A stretch of 64,000 bases of DNA from Phenylobacterium sp. (GCF_041916435.1 NZ_JAYRZM010000007.1:241651-305650); one strand, 5' to 3'; shown: positions 1 to 9,111, counted from the stretch's first letter. Notes: a model not told the origin generated them from the sequence alone. Numbers and translations are program-made.

Positions 1-2
1 GC

Positions 3-554
3 GTCTGGGAGGGACGAAAGGGCGTCGACATCAATCCCAAGGCCGAGGGGCCGGAGCGCCGCGAATACATCGAGCGGATCGACATGCAGCCGATCGATCC
101 GCAGGCGAACGGGCCGCAGCTCTTCTACGGGCTGCGCTACCACATCCACATCCTGGCCACGGACGAGGACAACACCTTCCACGACCAGGTGGGCTACTGG
201 CTGTGGGAGCCGGCCACGGGCCTGGTGATGCAGTCGCTGACCATTCCGCGCGGGCAGACCGCGCTGGCCGGCGGCCGGGCGGCCGCGGACGGCAAGTCCC
301 TGGTCGTCAGCGCCGAGCGCGGCGGCACGGAATACGGCATCTGCTCGACCGCCTTCCTGGAATACGCCTTCCGCACGGACTCCTACCGCCTGGAGGTCAC
401 GTTCAACGACGACGGCACCTGGAGCTATCTGTCCGACACGATGCTGACGGTGCGCGGCCTCGAGGCGCCGTTCCGCCACCGCGATCGCAACACCCTGACC
501 AAGGTCGCCGAGCCGGAGCCCAATCCGCTGCTGAAGAAGCTGGGGAAGGCCTGA
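3..554 (+). CDS. FABP-like/nitrobindin (DUF1794) heme-binding beta-barrel protein, 5' end outside window
   Basis: Frame open from nt 3 (VWEGRKGVDINPKAEGPERREYIERIDMQPIDPQANGPQLFYGLRYH...FHDQVGYWLWEP...HRDRNTL), typical of this family. Confidence 0.75.
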   Translation, partial: VWEGRKGVDINPKAEGPERREYIERIDMQPIDPQANGPQLFYGLRYHIHILATDEDNTFHDQVGYWLWEPATGLVMQSLTIPRGQTALAGGRAAADGKSLVVSAERGGTEYGICSTAFLEYAFRTDSYRLEVTFNDDGTWSYLSDTMLTVRGLEAPFRHRDRNTLTKVAEPEPNPLLKKLGKA

Positions 555-560
555 GGCGGT

Positions 561-1529
561 CTAGGCCGCGCCCACGCGGCGGGCCTTTTCCACCAGCCCC
601 TGCGCCTGGCGGATCGAGGCGGCGTCGATCATCTTGCCGTCCAGCACCACGGCGCCCCGGCCGGCGGTTTCGGCCTCGGCCAGGGCGGCGAGGATGCGCT
701 GGGCCTGCAACACCTCGTCGGGGCGCGGGCTGAACACCTCGTTCAGCGCCTCGATCTGGCTGGGATGGATGGCCCACTTGCCGTCGAACCCCAGGGCGGC
801 GGCGCGCTTGGCGCTCCACTCCAGGCCGAGCGGGTCCTTGAAGTCGGCGTAGGGGCCGTCGATCGGGCGCACGCCCGCCGCGCGGCAGGCCACGACGATC
901 CGGGCCAGCACATAGTGCCAGGGATCGCCCATGTAGAGGGCGCGCAGGCCCTCGGAATCGGCGTCGGCCAGCACCGAATAGTCCGGCACGGCGCCGCCGA
1001 TGGTGGTGGTGCGCGCACCGACCGAGGCGGCGAAGTCTCCGGGGCCGAAGTGCAGGCTCTCCACCCTGGAGCTCGCGCGGGCGATCGCGTCGGCGTTCAC
1101 CAGGCCCTCGGCGGTCTCGATCTGCAGCTCCAGGCCCAGGCGCTTCTTGCGGCCGGTCGCCGCCTCGATCTGGGTGAGCAGCACGTCCAGCATGTGCACG
1201 TCGGCGGCGCTGTTGATCTTGGGGACCAGGATCAGGTCCAGCCGCTCGCCCGCGCCCTCGGCCACATCCACCAGGTCGCGGTACATGAAGGGCGTGTCCG
1301 GCGCGTTGATCCGCACCGAAAGCGTGCGCTCGCCCCAGTCCACGTCGCGCGTGGCCTCGATCACGGTCTTGCGCGCGGCGGGCTTGTCGGGCGGCGCCAC
1401 GGCGTCTTCCAGGTCCAGGAACACCACGTCGGCCGCGCTGGTGGCGGCCTTCTCGATGAAGCGCGGCGAGGAGCCGGGAACGGCGAGCTGTGACCGGTTC
1501 AGTCGGGCGGGTACGGCGTGCTGGGACAT
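561..1529 (-). CDS. CitE/HpcH-HpaI family CoA-ester lyase (malyl-CoA lyase-like)
   Basis: RSQLAVPGS, VFLDLEDAV, IETAEG, GPGDFAAS, GFDGKWAIHPSQI, DGKMIDAA; ATG 1529 chosen as start. Confidence 0.85.
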   Translation of the reverse strand: MSQHAVPARLNRSQLAVPGSSPRFIEKAATSAADVVFLDLEDAVAPPDKPAARKTVIEATRDVDWGERTLSVRINAPDTPFMYRDLVDVAEGAGERLDLILVPKINSAADVHMLDVLLTQIEAATGRKKRLGLELQIETAEGLVNADAIARASSRVESLHFGPGDFAASVGARTTTIGGAVPDYSVLADADSEGLRALYMGDPWHYVLARIVVACRAAGVRPIDGPYADFKDPLGLEWSAKRAAALGFDGKWAIHPSQIEALNEVFSPRPDEVLQAQRILAALAEAETAGRGAVVLDGKMIDAASIRQAQGLVEKARRVGAA

Positions 1530-1609
1530 GGCGGACCGGGGCGCTGGTTTCAAAGATGCGCCCGGATTAGCAGCGCCGGGCGTCAGCGCCTATGCGCGAT
1601 TGCGCCGGA

Positions 1610-2398
1610 TCAGGCCTCGGCCGAGATCAGCACCAGGGTGACGTTGTCCCTCGCGCCCCGGTCCAGGGTCAGGGCGATCAGGCCGTCGGCGGCTCGCTCC
1701 GGCGGCATGGCCGTGAGCACGCGGCGGATCTCGTCGTCGGTCACCGTGCCGGTCAGGCCGTCCGAGCAGATGAGGAAAACGTCTCCCGGCTCGATCGCGG
1801 CGTGCCGCACGTCCAGCTCCAGCGGATCGCCGGCGCCCACCGCCCGGGTGACGATGTTGGATCGGGCGTGGCCATGCGCCTGCTCGGGCGTCAGCAGGCC
1901 GGTGTCGACCATCTCCTGGACGGCGCTGTGGTCGTGGGTGAGCTGGATGAGCTTGCCGTCGCGCAGCACGTAGATGCGGCTGTCGCCGGCCCAGACGCAG
2001 GCGTAGTGGTCGTCGTACACCAGCAGGGCCGCCACGGTGGAGCCGATCAGCGCGCCGTAGGACAGGGCCGCGGCGCGCTCCAGGAGTTCGTGATTCACCG
2101 CCTGCAGGCCATCGCAGACCGCGTTCAGAAAGCCGTAGCCGGACTGCGGCGGCGAGATCTGCGCCAGGGATTCGATGATCAGGTCGGCGGCCACGTCGCC
2201 CGCCTCGTGCCCGCCCATGCCGTCGGCCACGGCCCACAGCCGGATGTCCGGCCGCTCCAGGTAGCGGTCCTCATTCAAAGTGCGCACCACGCCCACGTGG
2301 CTGCGCCCCACAGAGCGCAGGCCAATGGATCCGCGGCGGGGGCTCGGCGCCGGCGTCGCGTCGATGGACGGCGGCTTCACGGCGGCCCGGACGCTCAC
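1610..2398 (-). CDS. PP2C-family Ser/Thr protein phosphatase (PppA-like)
   Basis: SHVGVVRTLNED, VADGMGGH, WAGDSRIY, THDHS, CSDGL, RDNVT; GTG start overlaps stop of the FHA gene. Confidence 0.93.
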   Translation of the reverse strand: MSVRAAVKPPSIDATPAPSPRRGSIGLRSVGRSHVGVVRTLNEDRYLERPDIRLWAVADGMGGHEAGDVAADLIIESLAQISPPQSGYGFLNAVCDGLQAVNHELLERAAALSYGALIGSTVAALLVYDDHYACVWAGDSRIYVLRDGKLIQLTHDHSAVQEMVDTGLLTPEQAHGHARSNIVTRAVGAGDPLELDVRHAAIEPGDVFLICSDGLTGTVTDDEIRRVLTAMPPERAADGLIALTLDRGARDNVTLVLISAEA

Positions 2399-3432
2399 GC
2401 CGCCGGGCCCATCGCGTCCAGCGCCTTGAGCTGCTGCTCATAGGCGGCGCGGAACGCGCGGCTCACGGGGCTGTCGGGATCGTTGTCGGCCTGCTGGCGC
2501 ACTTCGTCGTAGAGCTTCAGGTACTCGCCCCAGGCGGCCGCGGCGCGGCCCTGCAGCACGAAGGCGCGTCCCTTCAGCGACTCCTCGATGAGGTCGGGAT
2601 CCAGGCTCTCCAGCGTCGCGCCCAGGGCGGCGCGCAGGCCGGCCAGGATGCACAACAGGTGCTTCTTCAGGTCCTCGAAGCTCGACTTCACCGCCGCCGG
2701 CCCGGACAGGAAGCCGTCGTCGCGCGCATGCAGCAGGTCCACCGCCACCCGATGGGCGGGCGCCCACTTGAACGGATTGTTGCCCTCCGCGCGCACGGTC
2801 GTGCGGGTCATGCGGTATTCGGTCTTGAGCGTCGTGCGCTCGCTCATCAGGTCGCCGAGCCCCAGCACCATCTGCTGGTAGACCGCCCCCAGCCGCCGCA
2901 TCACCTGGGCCGGTTCCTCGCCGGAGAACGCCGAGGCGTCCAGCTTGGCGCCCTCGCAGAACGCCTCGAGAAGCGAGCCGTCGGCCGGCGGCCGGGCCGC
3001 GGCCTCCGGCGCGTCGGCGTCGGCCCAGTCGGTGGGCACGGACAGGGCGTCGCTCGTCACCGACATCGGCTTGAGCATGGGCTCGCAGAACGGGGCGTCG
3101 AAGCCGGCCCGCTCATCGTTTCCGGGGTCGATCACGATCAGGTAGCCGCCGAGGCGGAACGTCTCGCCAAGCTCCACCGGCGCGGGCTCCAGCGGTTGCA
3201 GGCGCCGACGCTCATTGCCCACGAACACGCCGTTGGAGCTGGTGTCCCGAAGCGACAGCCGACCCTGCTTGTCGGCCAGCACGCAATGCAGGCGCGAGAC
3301 CGACTTGTCGGGGTCGGGAATGATCCAGTCGGCCGCCGCGTCGCGGCCGATCGTCAGTTCGCCGCCGTCGAACGCGCGCGCCTCGATCTGACGGAACGGA
3401 TCGGACTGGTGGAAGAGTCTGAGGGTGACCAT
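2395..3432 (-). CDS. FHA-domain protein of the T6SS-associated TagH/Fha type
   Basis: N-terminal FHA (IGR..SRLH..DTSSNG); C-terminal TagH-like domain (KTEYRMTRTTVRAEGNNPFK...AFRAAYEQQ). Confidence 0.85.
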   Translation of the reverse strand: MVTLRLFHQSDPFRQIEARAFDGGELTIGRDAAADWIIPDPDKSVSRLHCVLADKQGRLSLRDTSSNGVFVGNERRRLQPLEPAPVELGETFRLGGYLIVIDPGNDERAGFDAPFCEPMLKPMSVTSDALSVPTDWADADAPEAAARPPADGSLLEAFCEGAKLDASAFSGEEPAQVMRRLGAVYQQMVLGLGDLMSERTTLKTEYRMTRTTVRAEGNNPFKWAPAHRVAVDLLHARDDGFLSGPAAVKSSFEDLKKHLLCILAGLRAALGATLESLDPDLIEESLKGRAFVLQGRAAAAWGEYLKLYDEVRQQADNDPDSPVSRAFRAAYEQQLKALDAMGPAA

Positions 3433-3441
3433 CGGCGTTCG

Positions 3442-5244
3442 TCAGCGGCGCGCCGCCATCGCCGGCTGCGGCGTGGCGTCCAGGCGGGTGGAATCGAGAT
3501 CGTCGTCAGGTGTGGCGAACGGATCGGCCGCCGCGACCGGCGCCGGACCAGGGGCCTTGCGCGGCTGCGGCGCGCGGCGGGGCGGGGCCATCGGCATCTC
3601 CCGGGCTCGGGCCTCGGCCACTTCCAGGCGCTCCTGCACCTGGGCGGTGAAGCGGTTGAAGCTGTCGAACAGCTCGCCGAACTCGTCGGTGCGGTGGTGG
3701 GTGATGCGGAAGTCCAGGTCGCCGTCCGCCGCGTCGTCGAGGGCCGCCTTGAGCCGGCGGATCGGACGGGCCAGCAGGCGGGCCATGGTGAAGCTGACCG
3801 CGATCACCGCGCCCAGGGTCACCAGGCCAAGGCCGATGAGCAGAAGGCGCGACAGGCGCGCGGCCTGAGCCAGCTCGGTCTTGTTGACGCTCACGTCCAC
3901 CGCCCCGAACGCACGGCCGGCATAGGTGATCGGCCGCACGAAGCGGAAGCCCTCCACGCCCTTGGCGTTGCGCGTCTGGGTGATCTTCAGCGCGCCCTCG
4001 GTCTGCACCAGCGGTTCGCCCGCAGGCGCCTTGTAGGGGAGGCCGATGCGGGCCGGATCGCTCGCCGCGCGGATGATCCCGTCGGCGTCGACGACCGTGA
4101 GCTGCTGGACGTTGGGGTCGCTGGAGGCTGCGGCGATGAAGGCTTCCACCGGAAGCCAGTCGCGTTCCTCCGGCGGCAGGGCCGCGTTCTCGACGGCCCG
4201 CAGCGAGGCGTTGCTGGCGACGAACGAGGCGATCGCCGAGCCGGAGGTCAGGGCCATGTGCTGCATGGCCTCGTTCTGCCGCTTCAGCACCCCGCCGATG
4301 CTGAAGAACAGCACCAGGGCCGTGATCGAGGCCATCACCAGGGTCAGGCGCAGTTGCAGCGGCAGGGCGCGGGCCTTGCCGTCGGTCTCGGCCACGGCGG
4401 CGGCGTAGGCCGCCTGCTCGCGGTGCAGCGCCTCGGCGAGCTGGGCGCCGTCGGCGAAGCGGCGGTCGGCCCGCTTCGCCATCAGCTTTTCGATGATGTA
4501 CTGCAGCCCGCGCGGCGCGCCAGGCGCCAGTTGGTCGATCGGCGTCGGGTCCTGCTGGGTGATCTGCAGGGCCAGCGTGCCGGGGTTCGAGGCGGAAAAG
4601 GCCTTGCAGCCCGTGGTCAGCTCATAGAGCACCACGCCCACGGAGAAGAGGTCGGAGCGTCCGTCGATCTCGCCGCCGAGCGCCTGTTCGGGGCTCATGT
4701 AGCGCGGCGTGCCGATCACCTGGCCCACCTGGGTCTTCAGGGTCTCGGCCTCCATGCGCAGGCTGTCGGCCTCGCTCACGCGGGCGATGCCGAAGTCCAG
4801 GATCTTGATGGTGCGCCCGTCCTTGCCGACGACGATGTTGGACGGCTTGATGTCGCGGTGGATCACGCCCTGGGCGTGCGCATAGTGCAGCGCCTCGCCG
4901 AGCTGAGCGCCGATGGCCATCACGTCGTCGGGCGGCAGGGCCTCGCCGGCGTTGATGATGCGGTCGAGCGGTTCGCCCTCGAGCATCTCCATGACGATGT
5001 AGGGATAGCCGTCGGCCTCGCCGACATCGTAGATCGTCACGATGTTCGGGTGAGACAGGGCGCCCGCCGCCTTGGCCTCGCGCAGGAAGCGCGTCGCGCA
5101 CTCGTGGTTCTGCCGGAACTCGCCCTTCAGGACCTTGATCGCCAGGACGCGATTAATGCTCGGGTCGTAGGCGCGGTAGACGTCGGCCATGGCGCCTTCG
5201 CCGATGAGCTCCTGCAACTCGTAGCGTCCGACAAGCTTAAGCAC
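3442..5244 (-). CDS. Membrane Hanks-type Ser/Thr kinase: kinase-TM-periplasmic sensor-TM-HAMP-tail
   Basis: GEGAMADVY, AIK, HRDIKPSN, DFG, GTPRYMSPEQ, SDLFS; two hydrophobic segments; HAMP (RPIRRL..GDLDFRI..DEFGELFDSFN); GTG start after GGAGGAG. Confidence 0.93.
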   Translation of the reverse strand: MLKLVGRYELQELIGEGAMADVYRAYDPSINRVLAIKVLKGEFRQNHECATRFLREAKAAGALSHPNIVTIYDVGEADGYPYIVMEMLEGEPLDRIINAGEALPPDDVMAIGAQLGEALHYAHAQGVIHRDIKPSNIVVGKDGRTIKILDFGIARVSEADSLRMEAETLKTQVGQVIGTPRYMSPEQALGGEIDGRSDLFSVGVVLYELTTGCKAFSASNPGTLALQITQQDPTPIDQLAPGAPRGLQYIIEKLMAKRADRRFADGAQLAEALHREQAAYAAAVAETDGKARALPLQLRLTLVMASITALVLFFSIGGVLKRQNEAMQHMALTSGSAIASFVASNASLRAVENAALPPEERDWLPVEAFIAAASSDPNVQQLTVVDADGIIRAASDPARIGLPYKAPAGEPLVQTEGALKITQTRNAKGVEGFRFVRPITYAGRAFGAVDVSVNKTELAQAARLSRLLLIGLGLVTLGAVIAVSFTMARLLARPIRRLKAALDDAADGDLDFRITHHRTDEFGELFDSFNRFTAQVQERLEVAEARAREMPMAPPRRAPQPRKAPGPAPVAAADPFATPDDDLDSTRLDATPQPAMAARR

Positions 5245-5336
5245 TGCCTCTCCTCCTGCCGCGTCGCGACGACCTCGGCCACGGCCGCCTGCGGCCGATT
5301 GCCCCAGGCTAGATGAATGAGGTTAAGACAAAGCGA

Positions 5337-5353
5337 GCGCCCGCAGCGGGCGC
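5337..5353 (-). terminator. Possible weak terminator hairpin after LysM lipoprotein gene
   Basis: GCGCCCGC-A-GCGGGCGC inverted repeat just after the stop, followed by TCGCTTTGT on the minus strand. Confidence 0.3.
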
Positions 5354-5364
5354 GAAACCGGCGG

Positions 5365-6129
5365 TCAGGGGCGTGCGCGCAGCGTCGCCTGGATGCGCAG
5401 CGCGCGCACCAGGTCGTTCTGGATCGGGTGGCTCCCGGGGTCGAGCTGCAGCGCCTCGCGCAGCAGGTCGACGGCGGCGTCGATCGCGCCGCTGTTCATG
5501 TTCCGCAGCGCCGTGGCGCGGAGCTGGCGCGCGCGGGCCTGGTCGGCGGGAGACGCGGGGGGCGGCTTGACGGGCTGCGCCGGCGCAGGCGCGGGGGCGG
5601 GCTTTCGCGGCGGCGGAGGCGGCGGGGGCGGCGGCGCGGCCTTCTTCTCGACCCCCGGGATCTGCAGCACGCGGCCGACGGCCAGCTCCTCGGGCTTGTC
5701 CATGCCGTTGTAGCGGGCCAAGCCGTAGAACTTCAGCTTGTCGCCCAAGAGGCGGTCGGCGAGGCTGTAGAGCGTGTCGCCCTGCTTGACCGTGTAGGCG
5801 TAGCTCTTGTCGCCCAGCAGGGTCTTGGGATCGACGTCGATCTGCCCCAGCAGGTTGCGCGCGGCCGGCTGGCCCGGCTCGTCGGCCAGCGCCTGCACCA
5901 GTTCGACGCGCGCCTGGGGCGCCTCGCCTTGTCCGAGCAGCTCGACGGCCTTGCCGATGCGCTGCTGCACGCTGAGGCCGGGCGTCGGCTTCAGGGGCGC
6001 GGGCTTGCTGGCGTGCGGCTTGGGCGTCGGCAGGTTGGTGCAGGCGCTCAGGCCGAGCATCAGGAGCAGCGCCGCGGACGGCGCGGCGCACATGCGGCTC
6101 AGGCGCTGCGGGGCCTGGCGGTGGATCAT
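5365..6129 (-). CDS. LysM and TPR-like lipoprotein
   Basis: Lipobox LSAC; LysM YTVKQGDTLYSLA...NG...LAVGRVLQIP; poly-Pro linker; TPR-like helices; ATG 6129 forms an ATGA overlap with the EAL gene stop. Confidence 0.85.
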   Translation of the reverse strand: MIHRQAPQRLSRMCAAPSAALLLMLGLSACTNLPTPKPHASKPAPLKPTPGLSVQQRIGKAVELLGQGEAPQARVELVQALADEPGQPAARNLLGQIDVDPKTLLGDKSYAYTVKQGDTLYSLADRLLGDKLKFYGLARYNGMDKPEELAVGRVLQIPGVEKKAAPPPPPPPPPRKPAPAPAPAQPVKPPPASPADQARARQLRATALRNMNSGAIDAAVDLLREALQLDPGSHPIQNDLVRALRIQATLRARP

Positions 6130-7859
6130 CCCGCCACGCGGCGTGACAGGTCGGCCCGTTCGCGATGCACCGGCGAGGCCAGCAGGGTCAGCCAATCGGG
6201 GTCGTTCACGAGCTGAACGAACTCGTCGGCGGCGAGCGGCCTGGAGAAGAAGTAGCCCTGGAACATGCTGCAACCGAGATTGCGGAGCGTCTCCACTTCA
6301 TCGCGTGTTTCGACGCCTTCCGCCAGCACTGCGATGTCCAATCCGCGGCCAAGTTCGACGAGCGCCTTGCAAATGGCCCGGCTGTCGGCGCGCTGGTCGA
6401 TCTGGGTCACGAACTCCCGGTCGATCTTCAGCTTGGTGAAGGGCAGGTTCTTCAGATAGCTCAGGCTCGAGTAGCCCGCGCCGAAGTCGTCGATGGCCAC
6501 GCTGACGCCAAGGCTGCGCAGGTCGCCGAACAGCTCGCGCGTGCGCTCGGCGTCCTCCATGGCGGCGGTCTCCGTCAGCTCCAGCTCCAGGGCCTGCGGC
6601 GGCAGGCCGTGCCGTTCCAGGGTGCGCAGGATCATCGCGTTGAGCGCCGGGTCGTGGAACTGGCGGGCCGACAGGTTGACCGCCATCTTCAGGTCCTCCA
6701 GCCCCTGGTCCTGCCAGGCGCGGGCCTCGCGGCAGGCGGTGTTGAGCACCCAAAGGCCCACCTCGTCCATCATCGACGACTGTTCGAGCACCGGGATGAA
6801 GTGGGCGGGCGGCACCAGTCCGAGCTCGGGGTGGCGCCAGCGCAGCAGCGCCTCGGCGCCCACCACGCGGCGGGCGGCGAGGTCCACCACCGGCTGGAAG
6901 TGCAGGAGGAACTGGTCGCGGCGGATCGCCTGGCGCAGGTCCTGCTCCAGGGCGAAGCGCTGTTTGGCCTCCTCGGTCGACTGGGCCGAGAAGAAGGCCA
7001 GCTTGCCCGACGTGGCGCGTTCGGCCTTGGGCAGGGCCGCGATGGCGCGGGTGAGCAGCGTATGCGGCTCGCCGCCGTCCCGCGGATAGACCGCCGCACC
7101 CAGTCCGACATGCGGCGTGATCTTCAGCTCGCCGCCGCCCAGCTCCTGCTGCAGCACATAGGCCATGGCCTGCAGTTCGCCGGCGGCGGTTTCCGGGGAG
7201 GCGACGCCGCGGAACCACACGGCGAAGCAGTCGCGGTCCACCTGGGCGAGCGGGCGGCTGCGCGCCACCGCGGTCTCCAGGCGTTGGGAGAAGGCGGCCA
7301 GGGCGCGGTCGGCCGCGGCCTGGTCGAAGGCCGCCAGCCGGTCGTAGTCGATGAAGCGGATCACGCCCATCACGATCTGGCCGACGCCGGCGGCCATGTC
7401 GTCGGCCACCTCGGCGAAAAAGGGTTCGCGGGTCGGCAGGCGGCTGACGCCGTGGCGGTTGCTGAGCCGGTGGCGCAGGGTGTCGAGCTTGACGGCGACC
7501 GCGCGCACGTCGGCCACCATGCGGTGGGCCTCGTCCTTGATCGGCGCGCCGCCCGCATCGTCGCCCGCGCAGCCCCGCAGGGTCGCGGCCGTCACCGCCA
7601 CCGGGCGCAGCAGATGGGTCAGGGCGAGGAGCGCCAGGATCGCGCCCGCCAGGGCGGCGACCACCACCGGCCCCAGATTCAGCGCCGGAGCCCCGCGTGC
7701 GAGGGTGAACAGCACGGCGAAGGGCAGGGCCGCGGCGGTCGCGGCCACGGCGATGATCTTGCCGCGGTAGCTTATCAGCGGAAGGCGCAAGCGCGCGCCA
7801 AATAGCCGAGGCCAACTCATCTGCTGCTGCACGGGTTCCGGAAAAGTCTTGCGCAGCAT
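6126..7859 (-). CDS. Membrane GGDEF(degenerate)-EAL c-di-GMP phosphodiesterase
   Basis: Two N-terminal TMs; GGDEF site reads VDRDCF; intact EALLRW, VNLS, ELTE, DDFGAGYSS, KID, EGVE, QGY; start uncertain (7859 or 7820). Confidence 0.9.
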   Translation of the reverse strand: MLRKTFPEPVQQQMSWPRLFGARLRLPLISYRGKIIAVAATAAALPFAVLFTLARGAPALNLGPVVVAALAGAILALLALTHLLRPVAVTAATLRGCAGDDAGGAPIKDEAHRMVADVRAVAVKLDTLRHRLSNRHGVSRLPTREPFFAEVADDMAAGVGQIVMGVIRFIDYDRLAAFDQAAADRALAAFSQRLETAVARSRPLAQVDRDCFAVWFRGVASPETAAGELQAMAYVLQQELGGGELKITPHVGLGAAVYPRDGGEPHTLLTRAIAALPKAERATSGKLAFFSAQSTEEAKQRFALEQDLRQAIRRDQFLLHFQPVVDLAARRVVGAEALLRWRHPELGLVPPAHFIPVLEQSSMMDEVGLWVLNTACREARAWQDQGLEDLKMAVNLSARQFHDPALNAMILRTLERHGLPPQALELELTETAAMEDAERTRELFGDLRSLGVSVAIDDFGAGYSSLSYLKNLPFTKLKIDREFVTQIDQRADSRAICKALVELGRGLDIAVLAEGVETRDEVETLRNLGCSMFQGYFFSRPLAADEFVQLVNDPDWLTLLASPVHRERADLSRRVAG

Positions 7860-8053
7860 GCCAACCAGTTGCTGCCGGGTGGTGAATCGTCATGCCTAAC
7901 AAGACCTGACACACGTAGCGCGGGTATCGGCTTGCGCCGGCGGGTTCCGCGCCGCCCTTCGGCGCGGCGGCCCAAGCAGACGGTCGACGGGCGCCGCCTT
8001 CATCGGCCATGGTGCGGGGCGAGGGCGTCAGGGCCCCGCGGGAGGAGAGTTTC

Positions 8054-8968
8054 ATGCAGGACGTGCGCGGCAAGACCGCCTTCATCACCGGCGGAGCCAG
8101 CGGGATCGGCTTGGCCATGGCCCGGGCCTTCGGCCGCGCGGGCATGAACGTCATGCTGGCTGACATCGAGCCGGAGCCGCTGGCGGCGGCGGTCGCCGAA
8201 CTGGAGGCCATGCAGGTGACAGCGGCGGGCGTGCCCTGCGACGTCTCCGAGCGGGCCTCGGTGGTCCAGGCCGCGGCCGAGACGGTCGCGCGCTTCGGCA
8301 AGGTCCACGTGCTCTGCAACAACGCCGGCGTCGGCGCGGGCGGCTTGGTGGGCGAGGTGAAGCCCGCCGACTGGGACTGGATCTTGTCCGTCAACCTGAT
8401 GGGCGTGGTCTACGGCGTCGACGCCTTCCTGCCGCACCTGCGCGCGCACGGCGAGGGCGGCGCCATCATCAACACCGCCTCCATGGCCGGAATGATCTCG
8501 GCGCCCGGCATGGAGCCCTATTCGGCCACCAAGTTCGCCGTGGTCGCGATGAGCGAGGGCTGGGCGGCCCAGCTCGCGCCGGAAGGCATCTCGGTCAGCG
8601 TGCTTTGTCCGGGCTTCGTGAAGACCAGGATCGACCAGAGCCGGCGCACCCGCCAGACGCGCTTCGGCGGGCCCGAGGCGTCGGGTGAATCCGTCACCGG
8701 CGCCTCGTTCGTGGCTTCGGGGATCGATCCGGAGCGGGTCGGCGCGCGCGTCCTGGAGGCGCTGCTCGCCGGGGAGCGCTACATCTTCACCCATCCGGAC
8801 ATGCGCGGCCTGGTGGAGACGCGTTTCGCCGCGATCCTGCAGGGCTTCGACGCGGCCGCCGCCAGCCCGGCGCTGGCAGGCATGGAGTACACGACGCCCC
8901 GGGGATCATGGCCGAAAGCTGACCGTGCTTTCGCTCGCGCGCTAAAAGTAAACGGATCGCAAGCTTGA
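8054..8968 (+). CDS. SDR family oxidoreductase
   Basis: TGGASGIG, NNAG, YSATK; GGAGGAG RBS before ATG 8054. Confidence 0.92.
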   Translation: MQDVRGKTAFITGGASGIGLAMARAFGRAGMNVMLADIEPEPLAAAVAELEAMQVTAAGVPCDVSERASVVQAAAETVARFGKVHVLCNNAGVGAGGLVGEVKPADWDWILSVNLMGVVYGVDAFLPHLRAHGEGGAIINTASMAGMISAPGMEPYSATKFAVVAMSEGWAAQLAPEGISVSVLCPGFVKTRIDQSRRTRQTRFGGPEASGESVTGASFVASGIDPERVGARVLEALLAGERYIFTHPDMRGLVETRFAAILQGFDAAAASPALAGMEYTTPRGSWPKADRAFARALKVNGSQA

Positions 8969-9085
8969 CCCCGGCGCCCGTCTTTCGATGTTTTCGCCGC
9001 CCGAGGCGAAGATGTCGAAAAGTTGCGCTTGATGCGCAACTGCCGCGACTCTAGACTCACTCGCAATCACGGTTGGCGTAAATTC

Positions 9086-9111
9086 TTAACGCCAACCTGA
9101 GGTCGTCCGTT
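9086..9111 (+). promoter_or_regulatory. Candidate ECF-sigma promoter (AAC-N17-CGTT)
   Basis: TTAAC 9086-9090, 17 nt, CGTT 9108-9111, upstream of the ECF gene; EcfG consensus is GGAAC-N16/17-CGTT, so two mismatches. Confidence 0.4.

Noticed and set aside
2659-5316. 885-aa plus-strand ORF
   Set aside because: Antisense shadow of the kinase and FHA genes; no motifs, expected at this GC content.
5560-5640. GGC/CCG low-complexity repeat
   Set aside because: Encodes the poly-Pro linker of the LysM protein; not a repeat array.
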